From the NCBI GenBank assembly GCA_903813345.2, contig CAIIXF020000001.1, forward strand, positions 14,694,001 through 14,758,000: a stretch of DNA of 64,000 nucleotides, read 5' to 3'. Below are positions 21,001 through 34,257 of this stretch, piece by piece. The position numbers and the translations under genes were made by a program. The notes beneath the pieces were generated by a model. It saw nothing but the letters and a program-made list of their open reading frames with translations, was not told the origin of the DNA and made no database searches. Origin of the DNA: Owenia fusiformis (taxonomy: Eukaryota). Each line of letters begins with the position of its first letter. Position 1 is the stretch's first letter.

Positions 21001-24000
21001 CCAGAAGGATACCACCAAAATCAACTCTGAAACTACAAAGATCTCAAGTAAAACGAAGCCAAATGCAGTAGAAGAAAGTGCAAGCAAGCCCCGGAGTAGA
21101 GGGGACCAACGAGGAAGTGCCAGTCTACCTGACCTATACTGGTGCAATATGTGCAATAAACTTTTCCATACTCTTGACAAACTCAAGGTAACTAATTCTA
21201 ATTTATTTATGTGGTAAAATGTCATTATGACATGACCTTGTCATGGTTACCTTGGTAATGGTTTTCTGTATTTTAACTGTTTGCTCAATGCAAAAAGATT
21301 TATTTTAAAATATATGTCAAATATATATATATAGAAATAGATGATTCAGAATCTATTTTGAAAAATTGCTTTTACCTTGTTTTTACCATCCTCCGAATGC
21401 AAAGCTCCAGACATGAAGGAGGTATGAGTTCTGGAGGCCTGTGTTTGGATGATGTTATCTGAACCACTCTCACCTTTCCATATGTATAATATTTTACTTT
21501 AGACTCATTCAGCAGTACACCCGTCCATGACCCTCCACCCATGTCATAAGTGTGGCCTCAAGTTTCAGAGACAGAAGAACCTCTTCAAACATCACCTTGC
21601 AGTGCACACTGGTTTGTACTTTCTCAGATTTGCAAATTAAGCTTAAGTTTTCCACCAGTGCTTATCTGATCGTCCCAAAGTTTCCTTTTCTTGCCTTTAA
21701 TAGCAATTTTGCAGTTTTCCTTCAATTTGACATGTTTTGTTGCGTTCTACAGTAAAATAGAAAAGCCTAGTCACCCAGTTATTTTCCCTATAAATCTGTA
21801 AAACAGAGAATTAACTTGTAGAGAAATTTTATATTAATGTTTGACATGATACTTATTAATAGAGATAATAATATTTTACATAATCGTACTGTAAAAACTG
21901 TGTCTATGCTTGAATATAATTAAGGCAAACATTACTTATATCTTCATACAAATACATGTACCGGTATGTATTCTACTTGCACTGTGCATGTTTTGAAAAT
22001 ACTAATCCCCGAGGCCCCAATGTGAAAGTGACACAAGTACATAATGAATGAAATATCTGTTTTATTATTCATATATATTCCTCACTCTCGAATTTGGTCA
22101 TCACAGTAAGCTAAATGAGTAGTATGTGTTTGAAATACAGCTTCTAATTACATTACTTCCCCTTTAGATATTGAATAGGATAAACATGAGTTGACAACAC
22201 ACGCAAATTTAACCATTCAAACTTTGCAGAGGGATTTAAGACAAAGCCCAATTGGTTACATTAATATATAATGAAAATCATACCCCATTGTTCAGTTGTT
22301 CCTCCTTTCTAACATAATATATTTACAAGATAGCAATTTTAACAACAGTTTTGACTTTTTTGATTCAGGTGAAGCAGAAGAAATGGAAGTCACTCCTCCT
22401 CCAAGGAATACCTCTGTGTCCAATGCCTCCACCCCCAGGACTGGCACCCCAACAATAACAAGGACAGGCACACCCACAATCTCAAGGACATCAACACCCA
22501 CAAACCAAACCATTAAGAATGGTTCGACTAAATCTGGTAACTCTTCAGCTAAATCAAGCAAGAGATATAGTGCTACCTCTGCATTGTTAGACAATATGGA
22601 TGTTTATGGTGAGGATGAAGCCGACAGCTTTAACTGTTATAATTGTGGGCGATCCTTCCCTAACCATAGCCTCATGAATAAGCATGTCATAAAAGGCAAG
22701 TGTAAAAATGCTTCATATACTAGTTCAGGATCTCATAGTAGCAATTCAGGTTTTATGTTTGCATGTACCGTTTGTAAAAACAGGTTTCAAAGCTATGCTA
22801 TTATGTGTCGACACAGGCGCAATGAGCACCAAGTAGCTCCCAATGTAATAAGTGATGTTGATGTACTTGACTCTGATTCTAATAGTGCTGTACCCGCATC
22901 TTTCAACAATGAACGTTTAGATCTAGATCAGAATACTGCTTACTTTGCCAGCATACCTAGGGGTGTTGCAGAGAATGTTAGGTATTTCATTGATGGTAAT
23001 CAACAAGCTTTGAACCAACGTGAAATCTGGTTTAGAGAGGATGTACTAGCCATTGAGCATAAAGACAATCAGTCGGATGATGTGAACAGTATTAATTGGG
23101 AAGGTTATAATTTATTGAATGAGTTCACACCTGCTCAGATCTATGATGCATTTACAAATATGGAGATATCTGTTGGGAACTGTGCTCCCACACCCAGTGC
23201 ATTCACTGGGCATGATTACAATACACTGGCTGAGTCTGCTCAGTTTACATGTGCAGTATGCGGATGGGTGTTTCAGAGGAACAATGATTTCTGTCTACAT
23301 ATGGAAGTTCAACATGGCCTTGTAGCTCAGGAACAAGTTATTGATCAAATAAAAGAACAGGAAATTGCAAGCAATGATATTCAAAATGCAAACTTTGAAT
23401 CTGATGTTGTTCAGAGTAAATTCAGAGAAACTTGCGATCATGAATCTGAAATAGAACAAAGTATTCAAAACAATGCTGAAGAGAAAAAATGTAAAACTGA
23501 GAGACAAGTTACACACCCTGAGAAAGCTACAACCAGATCAAGGTCATTGGATAAAATAGAAGGAAGAAAACTTTCTGATGATTCAACGAAAACACGATCG
23601 AGATCACTGGAAAAGCCTGAATTGATGTCAAGGCACCAAAGTAAGTTCAAGGCTGAAACAACAGTGAGTAAATCTGAGGAAATTTATGTTTCAGTGAGAT
23701 CAAGATCTAAAGAAAAATCTTCACCGTCTAAAGGAAAAGAAGAAAAATCTGACATAAAAAGTGAGACAAGACCTGAATCTGTAGATAATCTTGACTTGGG
23801 GTTGCAGGAAATGCCAAAAACTAGATCTCAATCTTTACAAAATAAACACAGGGCTTCTTCTGTTGAAAAATCCACACGAGCAAGATCACTTGAGAAAGAA
23901 TATGATGCTAGTAGAAGGACCTCAAAGCTTAGAAAATCCAAATCTTCAGAAAATCTAACTGATGTTTTCACATTAGAGGATAAGGAAATTAATTCTAGAT

Positions 24001-27000
24001 CATTAGGGGGTACACCAACAATGGAATTAGCTTATGATAAATCCAAACGTTTGACCAGGGCTATGAAAAGGCTACGAGAAGACATAGTGGCTACTAAAGA
24101 AAAACATGAAATACCAAAGACTCGTTCAGCTGCCAGACGCATGTTTAACCATGAAGAGAGAAAGAGTTTTGAAGGCTTATTGAAAGAAAGGGATGTTAAA
24201 CCAGTAAAAGAGCCTGAAAAGACAAATGAATGTGACGGTGATCGATGTGATAAGATATGCATGGAAACAAGTGTTTCAAAGTTTGTCTGTCTTGTCTGCA
24301 GAAAAGACTTTTATGATGTCACATGTATTAAAACACATAATTGGCTGGTCCACCCAAGGCTACACTGTACATTTATGGAACTTGAGAAGAACCAGTGGGA
24401 TGTCCCCTTCTACCAACCTAATGCTCCTAAACATGGAGGAGATATTGATATAGCAAAGGAAAGCACGGAATCAGAAATATCATTTAAATCTCCTAAGCAA
24501 GCATTTGTATGTACCAAGTGTGAACATATGTCAGAATCAATGGACCAGTTTCATGTGCACATATTACAATGTGCAGGGGACAGCACAACCATTGCAGCCC
24601 CAATACCTCAAGAATATGAAGCAGTCGGAAAAACCAAAGGGAAACGTCATGGCAGTGCTAAGAAAATAAAGCGTCAAGAATATAAAAGAGGAAAATATAA
24701 GTTGAATAGATTAGATGCTGATGATGAGGAGGATGAACCTTTACTTGAAACTGTCACACCACCAAAGGCAACAAAACCATCTAGTACACAGAACAAGCAA
24801 ATGAGTGATGAGAACAAGGAAAATAAAGGTAGTGCTCAAAGTCTTGATAAAAAGCAGGAATGGGTTGCGGCAGATATGCCAATCTGCTGGGTATGTGGAA
24901 AAATTTTTGCTGGAAAAAAGCAATTCCGAAGACACAAAACTCAAGCAAAGCGATGTTTTGAAACGAGAAAGAAGTCAAAAATACAGAATCATAACCCTGT
25001 TAGAACAAAGAAAGGAGGGGCAATATTATACCAATGCGGATTTTGCCAAAGAGAATTTGCCTATGAGGGATATTTTCTGAACCATATTAAAGTATTCTGT
25101 TCCAAAAGAAAGGAACTGCTAGCCAATAGCAAAAGGCATGCTGAAGAGTTTAGGAAAATGAATGAAAATACCCCAAAATTAGTATCGAAAAAAGAAGTTC
25201 CATCCCCAATTCAAAGGAAAGCTAAACCCAAAAACAGAAATCACAAATGGAGTTCATGGTACAGAAAGAAACAAGCAAGAGATGTAAAAGAAAAGGAACT
25301 TGAGAAAGAAAAGGATATTAAGATTGCTAAAGATCAAGAAACTGTTAATAAAGTTGAAGTGAGTCCAAGTAATTCTGATGATATAAGTCTTGCAGCTGTT
25401 GCTAGAAAAACAAGACAACACAACAGAATGGACAATATTTCAAAAATAAGAGAAAATTTGATGCGTCAGTCAAAGCGATTATCAGGATTAGCTGCAAAGA
25501 GACTTCGAGATAAATCATATGATGATGTGATTAAAATGGTAAGTGAGGGTCAACTTGCTAAAGAACCATTTGCGGTTAAATCAACTGAAACACATGCTCC
25601 AAAGACAAGGGCTATGGTGAAGACTCGGTCTCCAAGTAGGACTAATAAGCTTGTGGAGGAAATTCCTGTCACGCATTTAAAGAAGAGAAGGTCTGACAAA
25701 CCTAGAAAAGTTTCTCACGTTAAGAAAAATGTGATTGCTCAAACTGTTCTCAGGAGAGTAAAAAGACGCCGCAGAACTGCACTTACCTTAGAAGGTCATA
25801 GAAGGAAGAGAGAAAAAATGAAGAAAAAGGAGGTTCCTAATAGAAGCAGTGTCATTACAGATATCATAGATGAAGTGGCTAGTGGTAAAATTAAAATTAG
25901 CCCCACCACCCAGTATATGAAGAAACTTATAGATGACAATGAACAGACAAGTAGACTTAAGTCAGATGATATCACAATTGAACAAGATCAGACTCGTACA
26001 GATATACCTCAAGACCAAGCAAAAATACCTCTAAAATCTACGCCAAGTAAACGAAAGTCAAAAATGAAAGCAGCCTTAATGAAGAAGAAAATTGGAAAAA
26101 TGAAAAAGAGTCTCAAGACAAAGAAAATAACCCAGATGTTCCAATCAAAAAAATCACTGAGGGACAGAAAACAGAGAAAGGTTCCAGAGGAGTGTATCCC
26201 AACTCTTATTCCAGATGGCATGCATAAGTTGCGTCCAAGGAGAAAGCTTCACACGCCAGACAAACCACCCATTTTACAACCAGCTTTGAAAGATATGCAA
26301 CATCTAAAGCAAACCAATGTAGAGATACAAGAAATGACAGAACCTTCAAATGAATTAATAGTGCAAAAACCTGAGGAAAGGATAAATAGACTGACCAATG
26401 ATAAAATCCACCTGGAAGTTGGTGACATTGATACGATCAAGCCCACCTCAGAAACTCATATTAAGGAAGAAGTTGAAGCCTCTAAAATTCCATTGGCAAC
26501 TATTGGAGCTGTTAAAGAAATAACGTTGTCTGAAAGTAAATCAGTAAATGAATTTGAAAAGGATTTTAAGGATCAGGTATTAGTTTCTAAAATGAAACCA
26601 CCAGAACTAAAAGTGAGAAGTGTTGTTGAAAATGTGAAATGCTTGCCAAACACAGGGATCATTCCTGATGGTGAGCAGATGCTTACAGAGTTACCTAAAT
26701 ATCCTGAGAAAAAAACAGTAACTCAAGTCGCTGTCACTGGTTCAACAACTCCCAAGAAAGATGTGTGGACAATATCTATCAAAACCAAAACCAGGCCTAA
26801 TAGAAGATACAGGCCTAAATCAACTGCAAAAACAAAAGTGGATTCTGTGGAGGAAAAAGGAAACAAAGACTCCAAGACTGATGATGGGACCAGCGATAGT
26901 ACAAATATTGCACCTCAAATCTGTAGTAATCAAGATGAGTATACAAATATAGGAGAAAATAACACTCAATCTACTGAGAATGATTCTCTAGCTATACCAG

Positions 27001-30000
27001 ACTTATATCCAGACACACTAACATCAAAGAAAAAGTCAGGTACAATACGTCTGGCAAGAAGAAGAGCAGTTGATAGTATTACTGCTGGTCTGCTTGGTGA
27101 ATCTCTTGATGATGACATAGATGCTCCTATTGTTTTTCCCATAAAGCGAAAGAGCAGGAATAATGGTTCTAAAGTTACAAAATCTGTGGAAACCAAACAA
27201 AATAAAATGCTCAAAGGAACTGTTTCTGATGAAGAAGCTAAATCTAGAGAGAAACATTGCCCACCGACTAAACATGAAAATGAAATGTTTGAAAAAACTA
27301 TGCTGCCAGAAGGTGAACTTGTGAATAAAGTAGAAACTAAATCTGATGGGATCAACAAGAAGAATTTAAGTTCAAATAAATTCCAAAAATTGAATGCTGA
27401 TATACTAAAAAATAAAAAACAACATGATCATCACAATAAGTTCTCCAAGTTAACAGAGTTACATATTGATGTACATCAGTCGGGGGATCATAATGAGTTT
27501 CATGGTAGCATGATAAAGCAAAATGACAGAATAAGGTCTCCTATAATTTCACCCTCTAAAAGGTACATTACAATTAATTCAACAGATAAGATTAGTCCTG
27601 AGGAACATGAGCCAGGCCCAAAGTATGTTTACACCAAGAAAACAACCAAAGTGAGTGCACCCAACACTCCAGATTTGTTTGAGGACTCTGATCCATACAG
27701 CTTCTCAGAAAAGCAAAGTGACATAGAAAAGTCACCTGTTATATCACCTTCTAGACGATATCATACCTTAAATTCAACAGGAAAGGTTAGTCCTAAGGAA
27801 AATGAGTCAGGACCAAAATGTATGTACACCAAGAAAATGACCAAAGTGAGTGAGCCAAACACTTCAGAATTAATGGCAGACTCCAATCCATACAGCTTCT
27901 CAGAAAAGCAAAACGACAGAGAAAAGTCACCTGTTATTTCACCTTCTAGACGATATCATACCATTAATTCAACAGGAAATTTTAGTCCTAAGGAAAATGA
28001 GTCAGGACCAAAATGTATGTACACCAGGAAAATGACCAAAGTGAGTGAGCCAAACACTTCAAAATTGGTAGAAGACTCTGACCCATTTAGCTTCTCAGAA
28101 ACAGAAGGTAGAGGATGTTCTCCTCTTGGGAAATATAGACATCTGGAGCATCTGAAAATGAATGACAAGGAAAGGAGAAACATGGCAACTGTTATCAAAG
28201 AAAGTTTGTCTAAATTTGACAAGAATAAATCACATAAGAAGGTTGAATGCCCATCTAAGGAAGGCACCAAATGTGTACCATCCAATGTAAAAGACACTTC
28301 CAATCAAGATGTCACCAAACAGCCACCTATAAATGAACATAAATTAGTGCATTCAGCATCTATTAGCAATGTAAGTGATACAGAAGCTAATTCAAACAAA
28401 CAGCCACCTATACAAGAGCATAGAATAGCACATACAACTGTACTTAATGTTGTTACTGACACAGATACGAAAACAAACACAAGTTATAATGCCAAAAGTG
28501 GTGAATCCTCATCAACACAGTTATCACCAATTGTATTGTATCATAAGGAGATGCTTCAAAAGAGAATACGTCATGACTTAAAGAGACATAACATAAGGAG
28601 ACAAAGTGTTCCACCGAGTGTGGGTAATAAAGCTGAATCAGCATGGAGGGAGCCTTGTACTAAAAAACCTAGTCTCAATTCAAGTGAGAAACAATCCAGA
28701 GTAGAATCTCCTTCACCCCCTGTTTCTGTACCATGGAAACAAGTGCTCAATTATGAAACAGGTAAACTAGAAGATGAAATATCAGCATCTGATAGTCCAA
28801 CAATTACATTGAATGAAAAGACTGGACTTCTAAATGTTGAAACATCTTCTCTACCTGCACAAGCAATACCATCGAAAACTGTTACCAAACCATCAGATGC
28901 TGTAGTACAACCAAGTGATCTTGTATACATGTACCAAGCTCCAAAAGTGTCTCCCAGGGAATGCTCCATTTCATCTACTGGTAGAGTTCGGACCAAAGCC
29001 GAGAGAAAACAGATGCACTGGCTGTTACAAAACCAAGATAATGCTCAGCTCCAACAAATATCAGATGTAAATACAAATGAAATACCTCAGGTTGTTGCTT
29101 TAAATGATGATGTTGATATAGACCCAGCCTTTGATGATACCAAAACAAGGGTCGCCAATTCACATGATGACACAAGAGGGAGGAAGCACAAAAGAAAACA
29201 TAACACAAAAGCAAAACAGGTGACTAAGCATTCTAAAATGGATAAATGTCATTCTGCAGCATCGGAAATACCTACACATGGCAATAAAACAGACAATGGC
29301 AGTGCTGAAGAAGAAACTGTTGGCGTTCCAGTGGATTTGAAAGATGACAATATTAAGAAGGATGAAGAGTCACTGGTGAGCCCAGCTTTATCGGTAGAAA
29401 ACAACTGGGAGACTACACATCTTCAAATGCTCACTAGGCATGAAATCATGTGGCTGAATAATCAATTAGACAGTAAAGAAAAACCTGAAGAAAGAAAAAA
29501 GGCTGATGGTATCAATTTGAATAGAAAAAAGGCTCCTGCAAAGGTTGAAAAGACTGTGAAAAGACAAACTAGTTTGAAGAAAACAAAGCAAAGCAAGCAG
29601 AAAATTACAAAGATGTTTAAACAAAAGAAACCAAAAAATAGAAGTATTCATGATAAAACTGAAAAGTCAACCAAAACCTTTGACATAATTGAGGAAAATG
29701 TGAATCGTATAAATGCAGCTAAGAAAGATGGTGCTTCTGATCCAATAAAGGCTGCAATAGAATCTGGAGTTGAGTCATACAATAAAGATCATGTAAAAGA
29801 AAAAAGAAAGCCAAGGATAATGTATGCAGATTCAGACGATGAGGCACCAGTTTATAGAAATATATTTGAGATCACTACTGTTGAAGGGAAAAGAAGAAGA
29901 TCTAAGCCCAACACTGCTATAGCTGAAGATAACAAACTTGCAAGACGCTTGGAACGCAATATGTGGAAAATGATCAATGACACAGACAGTGATGGAGATC

Positions 30001-30284
30001 GGAAATCTAAAAAGAGAATGAAGAAAGTAACTAAGAATAAGAGAGTTGAAAGTATAAACAGTTTAAATTTAGCTTCAAGTGAAGGAGAGGAGTTTGGTAC
30101 AAAAATGGATAAAAAGCATAGTGCTAGTGAAAGTCATGGAGTTGATGAGAGTCATGGAAAATGTACTTGTACTTGTGAAGATTCTTCTGTAGTGTTAGAT
30201 ACTACTGACAAAGACATGGATTCAGTGTCTATATCCTCAGGGGAAACTATCATAAATACTGATTTAGTTCAGACATCATTATAA
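15008..30284 (+). CDS. PRDM2: PRDM2/RIZ-like PR/SET-domain zinc-finger protein, 6 coding exons, about 3154 aa
   Basis: Exons 15008-15152, 15418-15524, 19400-19558, 20159-21187, 21503-21611, 22369-30284 (9465 nt, frame continuous; the last junction rebuilds an HTGE linker). PR domain EVELKPSQVDNTRLGAW..FGPFVGE..YAWE..NWMRHVNCARYYEEQNL..IFYKVIKNINPNEELLTWY. Ten dispersed C2H2/C2HC fingers. PRDM2-like blocks VAENVRYFIDG and CTKC...FHVHILQCA. Confidence 0.85.
15627..18616. mobile_element. Kolobok-like MITE interrupted by a LINE
   Basis: Imperfect TIRs AGAATGGGTATCGATATGGCGAAC / GTTCTCCATATTGATACCTATCCT-TTAA. A second copy starts at 63108. Confidence 0.8.
15759..17994 (+). mobile_element. 5'-truncated L1/Tx1-clade non-LTR retrotransposon (RT plus C-terminal CCHC), frameshifted
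   Basis: RT motifs NTDYKIL, LDFTKAFDSIEW, RQGCPVS, SQSADDT (the Y/F of the YADD motif is replaced by S), YLGI; C-terminal CSIC..DLKHILFEC; frameshifts near 16355-16400; AATAAA at 17965 and an A-rich tail; 19-bp TSD aacaatataatttgaaata at 15740-15758 and 17995-18013. Confidence 0.93.
19615..19772. repeat. Dispersed repeat; second copy at about 46132-46290
   Basis: Both share catggggtctatgg..., aattaaattttcaaagttga and tttacatgtagatttcaaatatga. Confidence 0.75.
27534..28100 (+). repeat. Three tandem 195-nt (65-aa) coding repeats within the PRDM2-like last exon
   Basis: SP(I/V)ISPS(K/R)RY...D(S)(D/N)P(Y/F)SFSE occurs three times; aagtcacctgtt at 27729 and 27924. Confidence 0.92.
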
Positions 30285-31741
30285 ATCTAGCTGATCCAAA
30301 TGTGTGCTTTAACAACTTTAACATGAGTGTTTATATTTTGTTCTTTGCATGCTTGTACATGTACATTATAAAAATATTCTGTGTTGTGACCATATGCAAG
30401 CAATTGACTATGATACTGTATATAATTTACATACATAGTTCCATCTTGATAGCATTAGTATTTCCTCCTAAATGGAATTTGTTTTGGTCAAAAAGAGAAC
30501 TTTTCCATTAAATCAATTTGCCATATATTTTGATTATGATATTGATGTGCAGCTTAGGACTGAAGTATGTCTATAGCCATAATGCTTCAAGTCTGTAGGC
30601 CTAGGCAACTGAATGAGAGACAGTCTGCTTATTTTAATCATTTATCAATAAAGATTTGTATGTGTAATGTGTGTTGTAACTTAGCCTATTGTAGATTGGT
30701 AGAATAATTCTGTTTGCTTTGGATAGATCACTTTTTACATGTATTAAGAGTTTTGTTTTCAATTCTTAGTTAAGTAGTAACTAGTAAAAGGACAGATTCC
30801 TTTCATTTCATTAATTCTTAAAGGTAGACAGAATGTTAACGCAACAAACAAAAAAGGTTTAAATTATATGTCATCATTTATTATCCACTTTGTTTATTTT
30901 AGACAAAAATATTTAATTATATGAGTATTTATAAAATGATAACATTTGTAAAATAAATTAATCTAATAACAGAATAACAGTACAATGTAATATAGTAAAA
31001 GTTATCTGTCAACCATTCTAAATAAACAAACGTAAATTAATCCTGTCTTTTAAAACAGGATAATATTAATAGTGTAATTGCCATCAAAATGTTGTTGTAC
31101 AGTAAAATGAAAAAATGAAATGGGATAATGATATAAGTTAAACAGGCTAACATTTCTAACATACAGCTAAAATGAAAATGACTCTATGATCCATTTTCAT
31201 GTGACATTTACCATGGGCATGATTTTCAGGCTGTATGTATTGTTTTGTTCTTCAATTGTTACCCTAGTAATTCCCCATTATGCCAAGCTCATAATTGTAA
31301 ATTGAAATGCAAAGCAAAAATGTAATCCAAACTATATTTTTATCATTTGTGTTATCATTAAACCTGGTACTGTAAATCTATTTAAATATTGTGGATTTTG
31401 TAAATACTTGTATGGATAGTAAATATTCTTAGAACACATTAAGTAGCCTACTTGTAGTTGTGTTTAGATTGACAACATGTAATTACTAATTATAATCACT
31501 AAACATGAGTGGATAATCATTATCATTTGTCTTTTATTGTAGTAAATATTATTTTCAACTTGGGAGCATAGAAAACTTATTTATAAAATAAAGTGATTAA
31601 CTTTAATTATTTTGTTCTGTACAGTACATGTTGGGAAAAAAAGCTAAAAAACTGGAAGTTTTATGGACCATCATAACTAAAACATCACATTTCCTGTGTA
31701 TACTTTGTCTCCTGTTTGCACATAAAGGTAAATACTTGTCA

Positions 31742-32009
31742 TAGTAGAGAGGATTCACAACTCATTTATAGCAAATTTATTATTTCCGTGTAACTTAAGA
31801 AGCTTTTGATTACGTCATCATTTATTGCGCAGCTCTATACATCCATAAGTGTGATATTCTTATAAATCTTCACCCACACAACGTAAGAATATCACACTTG
31901 TGAACATATAGAGTTGCACAATAAATAACGACGTAATTAAATACTTCATAAGTTATACGCTATGCGGGAATAATAAACATGCTATAAGTGAGTTGCAAAA
32001 TCTCTACTA
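31742..32009. mobile_element. Palindromic MITE-like element
   Basis: tagtagagaggattcacaactcatttatagc...gctataagtgagttgcaaaatctctacta, with inner arms gtgtgatattctta / taagaatatcacac. Confidence 0.7.
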
Positions 32010-32070
32010 ATTCATTGTAATTACAAAAGCAGCGAGTGGTAACAAGACTATACCCCAATATTGCATTTAA

Positions 32071-32615
32071 GGTAGAACTTCACTGTCCATCAACTATTTT
32101 TCTACAATTCAGATTTTCTTGACTTGAAAAAATCTAGGTGAAGGATATACTTATGCACAAGTAAGTATAAGTAAGTAGGCCTATAACAAAAAAATATGTG
32201 AAAATTGGAAAGATTGATCGTTTGGTCATTTCTAAAAAAATGTTTGAATTAACATTGGTTTCAATGAGGAAAGGCATTTTTTAAAATAAAATAATTGCAT
32301 AGCCTAATTCAGATTCTCTTTATAAAACTTGTGATCATTCTCAATGGGAAACCAAAAGTATTTAAAAAATATTTATGAAAATTCACTGTCTGGATCTTGA
32401 GAAAACAAAAATAACTCTGTTATTCCATTGCATATAATGACTCATATTGCCAAAAAATCTCTTGATAGATCAACATAAGTGTGCCATGCGACATTTGATA
32501 AATTGGTGAAATATTTCAAACAAACAAGTACAAGCCTATCTATGTTTTATTCAGTTTTCGTTTTTGGCATCAGAGATGCATGTATTGACTGTGCAATGAA
32601 CAGTGAAGTTCTACC
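32071..32615. mobile_element. Kolobok-like MITE with TTAA TSD
   Basis: TTAA-GGTAGAACTTCACTGT...ACAGTGAAGTTCTACC-TTAA, a perfect 16-bp TIR. Confidence 0.85.
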
Positions 32616-34257
32616 TTAAGGATTGGTTTAACAAATCAGTTAAGGCAAAAGAAAACCCTAGTTTCTGGTCATCCCTATGTTCACCAGGCAATCACTGTTT
32701 TAACACAATTAAGTGTAGCAGACAAAAAACACATACATGTATTTACGCATTTGATAGAATGCTAGTAGAATTCTTGGGTAATCTGTACAATATTTATCTG
32801 GCATGTAAAGCCAAACCCAGGATTTTGATGAGGATATAAGTTGGCAAACTTTTCAAATCCATCAACTTCAAATAATGTCAGATTAAGAACAAATATTCTT
32901 AAAATACTCTATATTACACTTAGTTAGTATAAGTAAAAGAAGGGGAAATGTGTATGTGCCCTTTTTAAGTGACCTTACAGTATGTGTCATTTCCACTAAA
33001 TAAGGCCAGTTAGAAAGAAGCTGTAATTGGATGTACATATCAGGTTCTTCTATCAATTTGTCAATATTACATGATTCTTACAACCATCAATAACAATATT
33101 TTACAAATATTACAGTATTGTTTAGACATGATTCACAATGAAGAAACATCTTATTTAACACATCACATTATGTTATTATAGCCTACTGTAAAAGTAGCAA
33201 TTCTTTAAGATTAATTTTCGTGATCTTACCAATTTTTGAAAATTAAAATTTTTATTGATTTGGTCAAATAAAAAGTCATGATGAAATTTATTTGACCTTA
33301 TTTGACAGATATATGGGCAGAGAAAAGTATTTTTGCAAATTTGTATACAAATAGGGTGCTATTAACTGATTAATAATTTTTATCAACACATAATTCCATG
33401 CACATAAAAATTCCTACTTTACAGTAAGCTATACTACGTTCACATATGCATGTAACAAGCTTAAAACTATCAAACAAGGCATTAACATGCAAAATATCAC
33501 CACACCTACCATTTGTTACACACTGAACACCAACCAACCAACACCAACTGCCAAACACCATCCGTAAAAATGTTTGAGACTATTAATAATAATATGTCAC
33601 CAGGTGGACTTGAAAATTATAAACCTTCTGAAATCTGAAAGTTTTTAAACCATCCATCAGAAATAAAAAGTTCTACCTTCCATTTGGCATTCATGAGCAA
33701 GAGCAACCCATTTGCCTCATGATTTTATTGAATTATTTTGTCAAAACTTTTTCTCATTGGATTCAGATTACATTTAATGTTCATACAGTAGAACCTGTGT
33801 AAGAAGAACACCTTCAGCACATCAAAACATTATACCACTTGGGAAGTGTTTCACTTATAATCGGTAATGGAGGTTTAGTATAACGTGTAATAGGACTTTG
33901 AAATGTTGTGGTGTTCTTTTACAGGTATTACTGTTACTATTGAACATGTTGAATAATCCAATCAGACCATTTGGGTGGCTTATGCCTTCCTAAGAGTTAG
34001 GTAGGAGAGTCTGAACATATTAAGTGTTTCCTGATCACATTTCATTTTCATTTGGCACTAAACACACAGTCGTAAATTAGACAAAATGAGTTGAGCGCCA
34101 TAGTGAGGGAGGATGTGATTGCTTTTTTCCCCCACTCATTTTGTCTAATTTACAGCCGAGAAACAGCTGGATGAGGACACAGTTTCATCTGATTCATTGA
34201 GAGTGTACTCTGAGTCATCCTGTCTGAACATACAGACATATAGTGTCTCAGTCCTGA

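Noticed and set aside
22230-22264. Possible extra PRDM exon after tttgcag
   Set aside because: Reaches a stop in the required phase and has no good compatible donor; not needed for frame continuity.
22296-22368. Start of the 2662-aa ORF as a stand-alone gene
   Set aside because: Non-ATG start inside an intron. The acceptor at 22368 joins it to the upstream PR-domain exons.
20146-29651. Many antisense and alternate-frame ORFs over the PRDM2-like exons
   Set aside because: Shadows of a long Lys/Glu-rich coding strand, with no recognisable domains.
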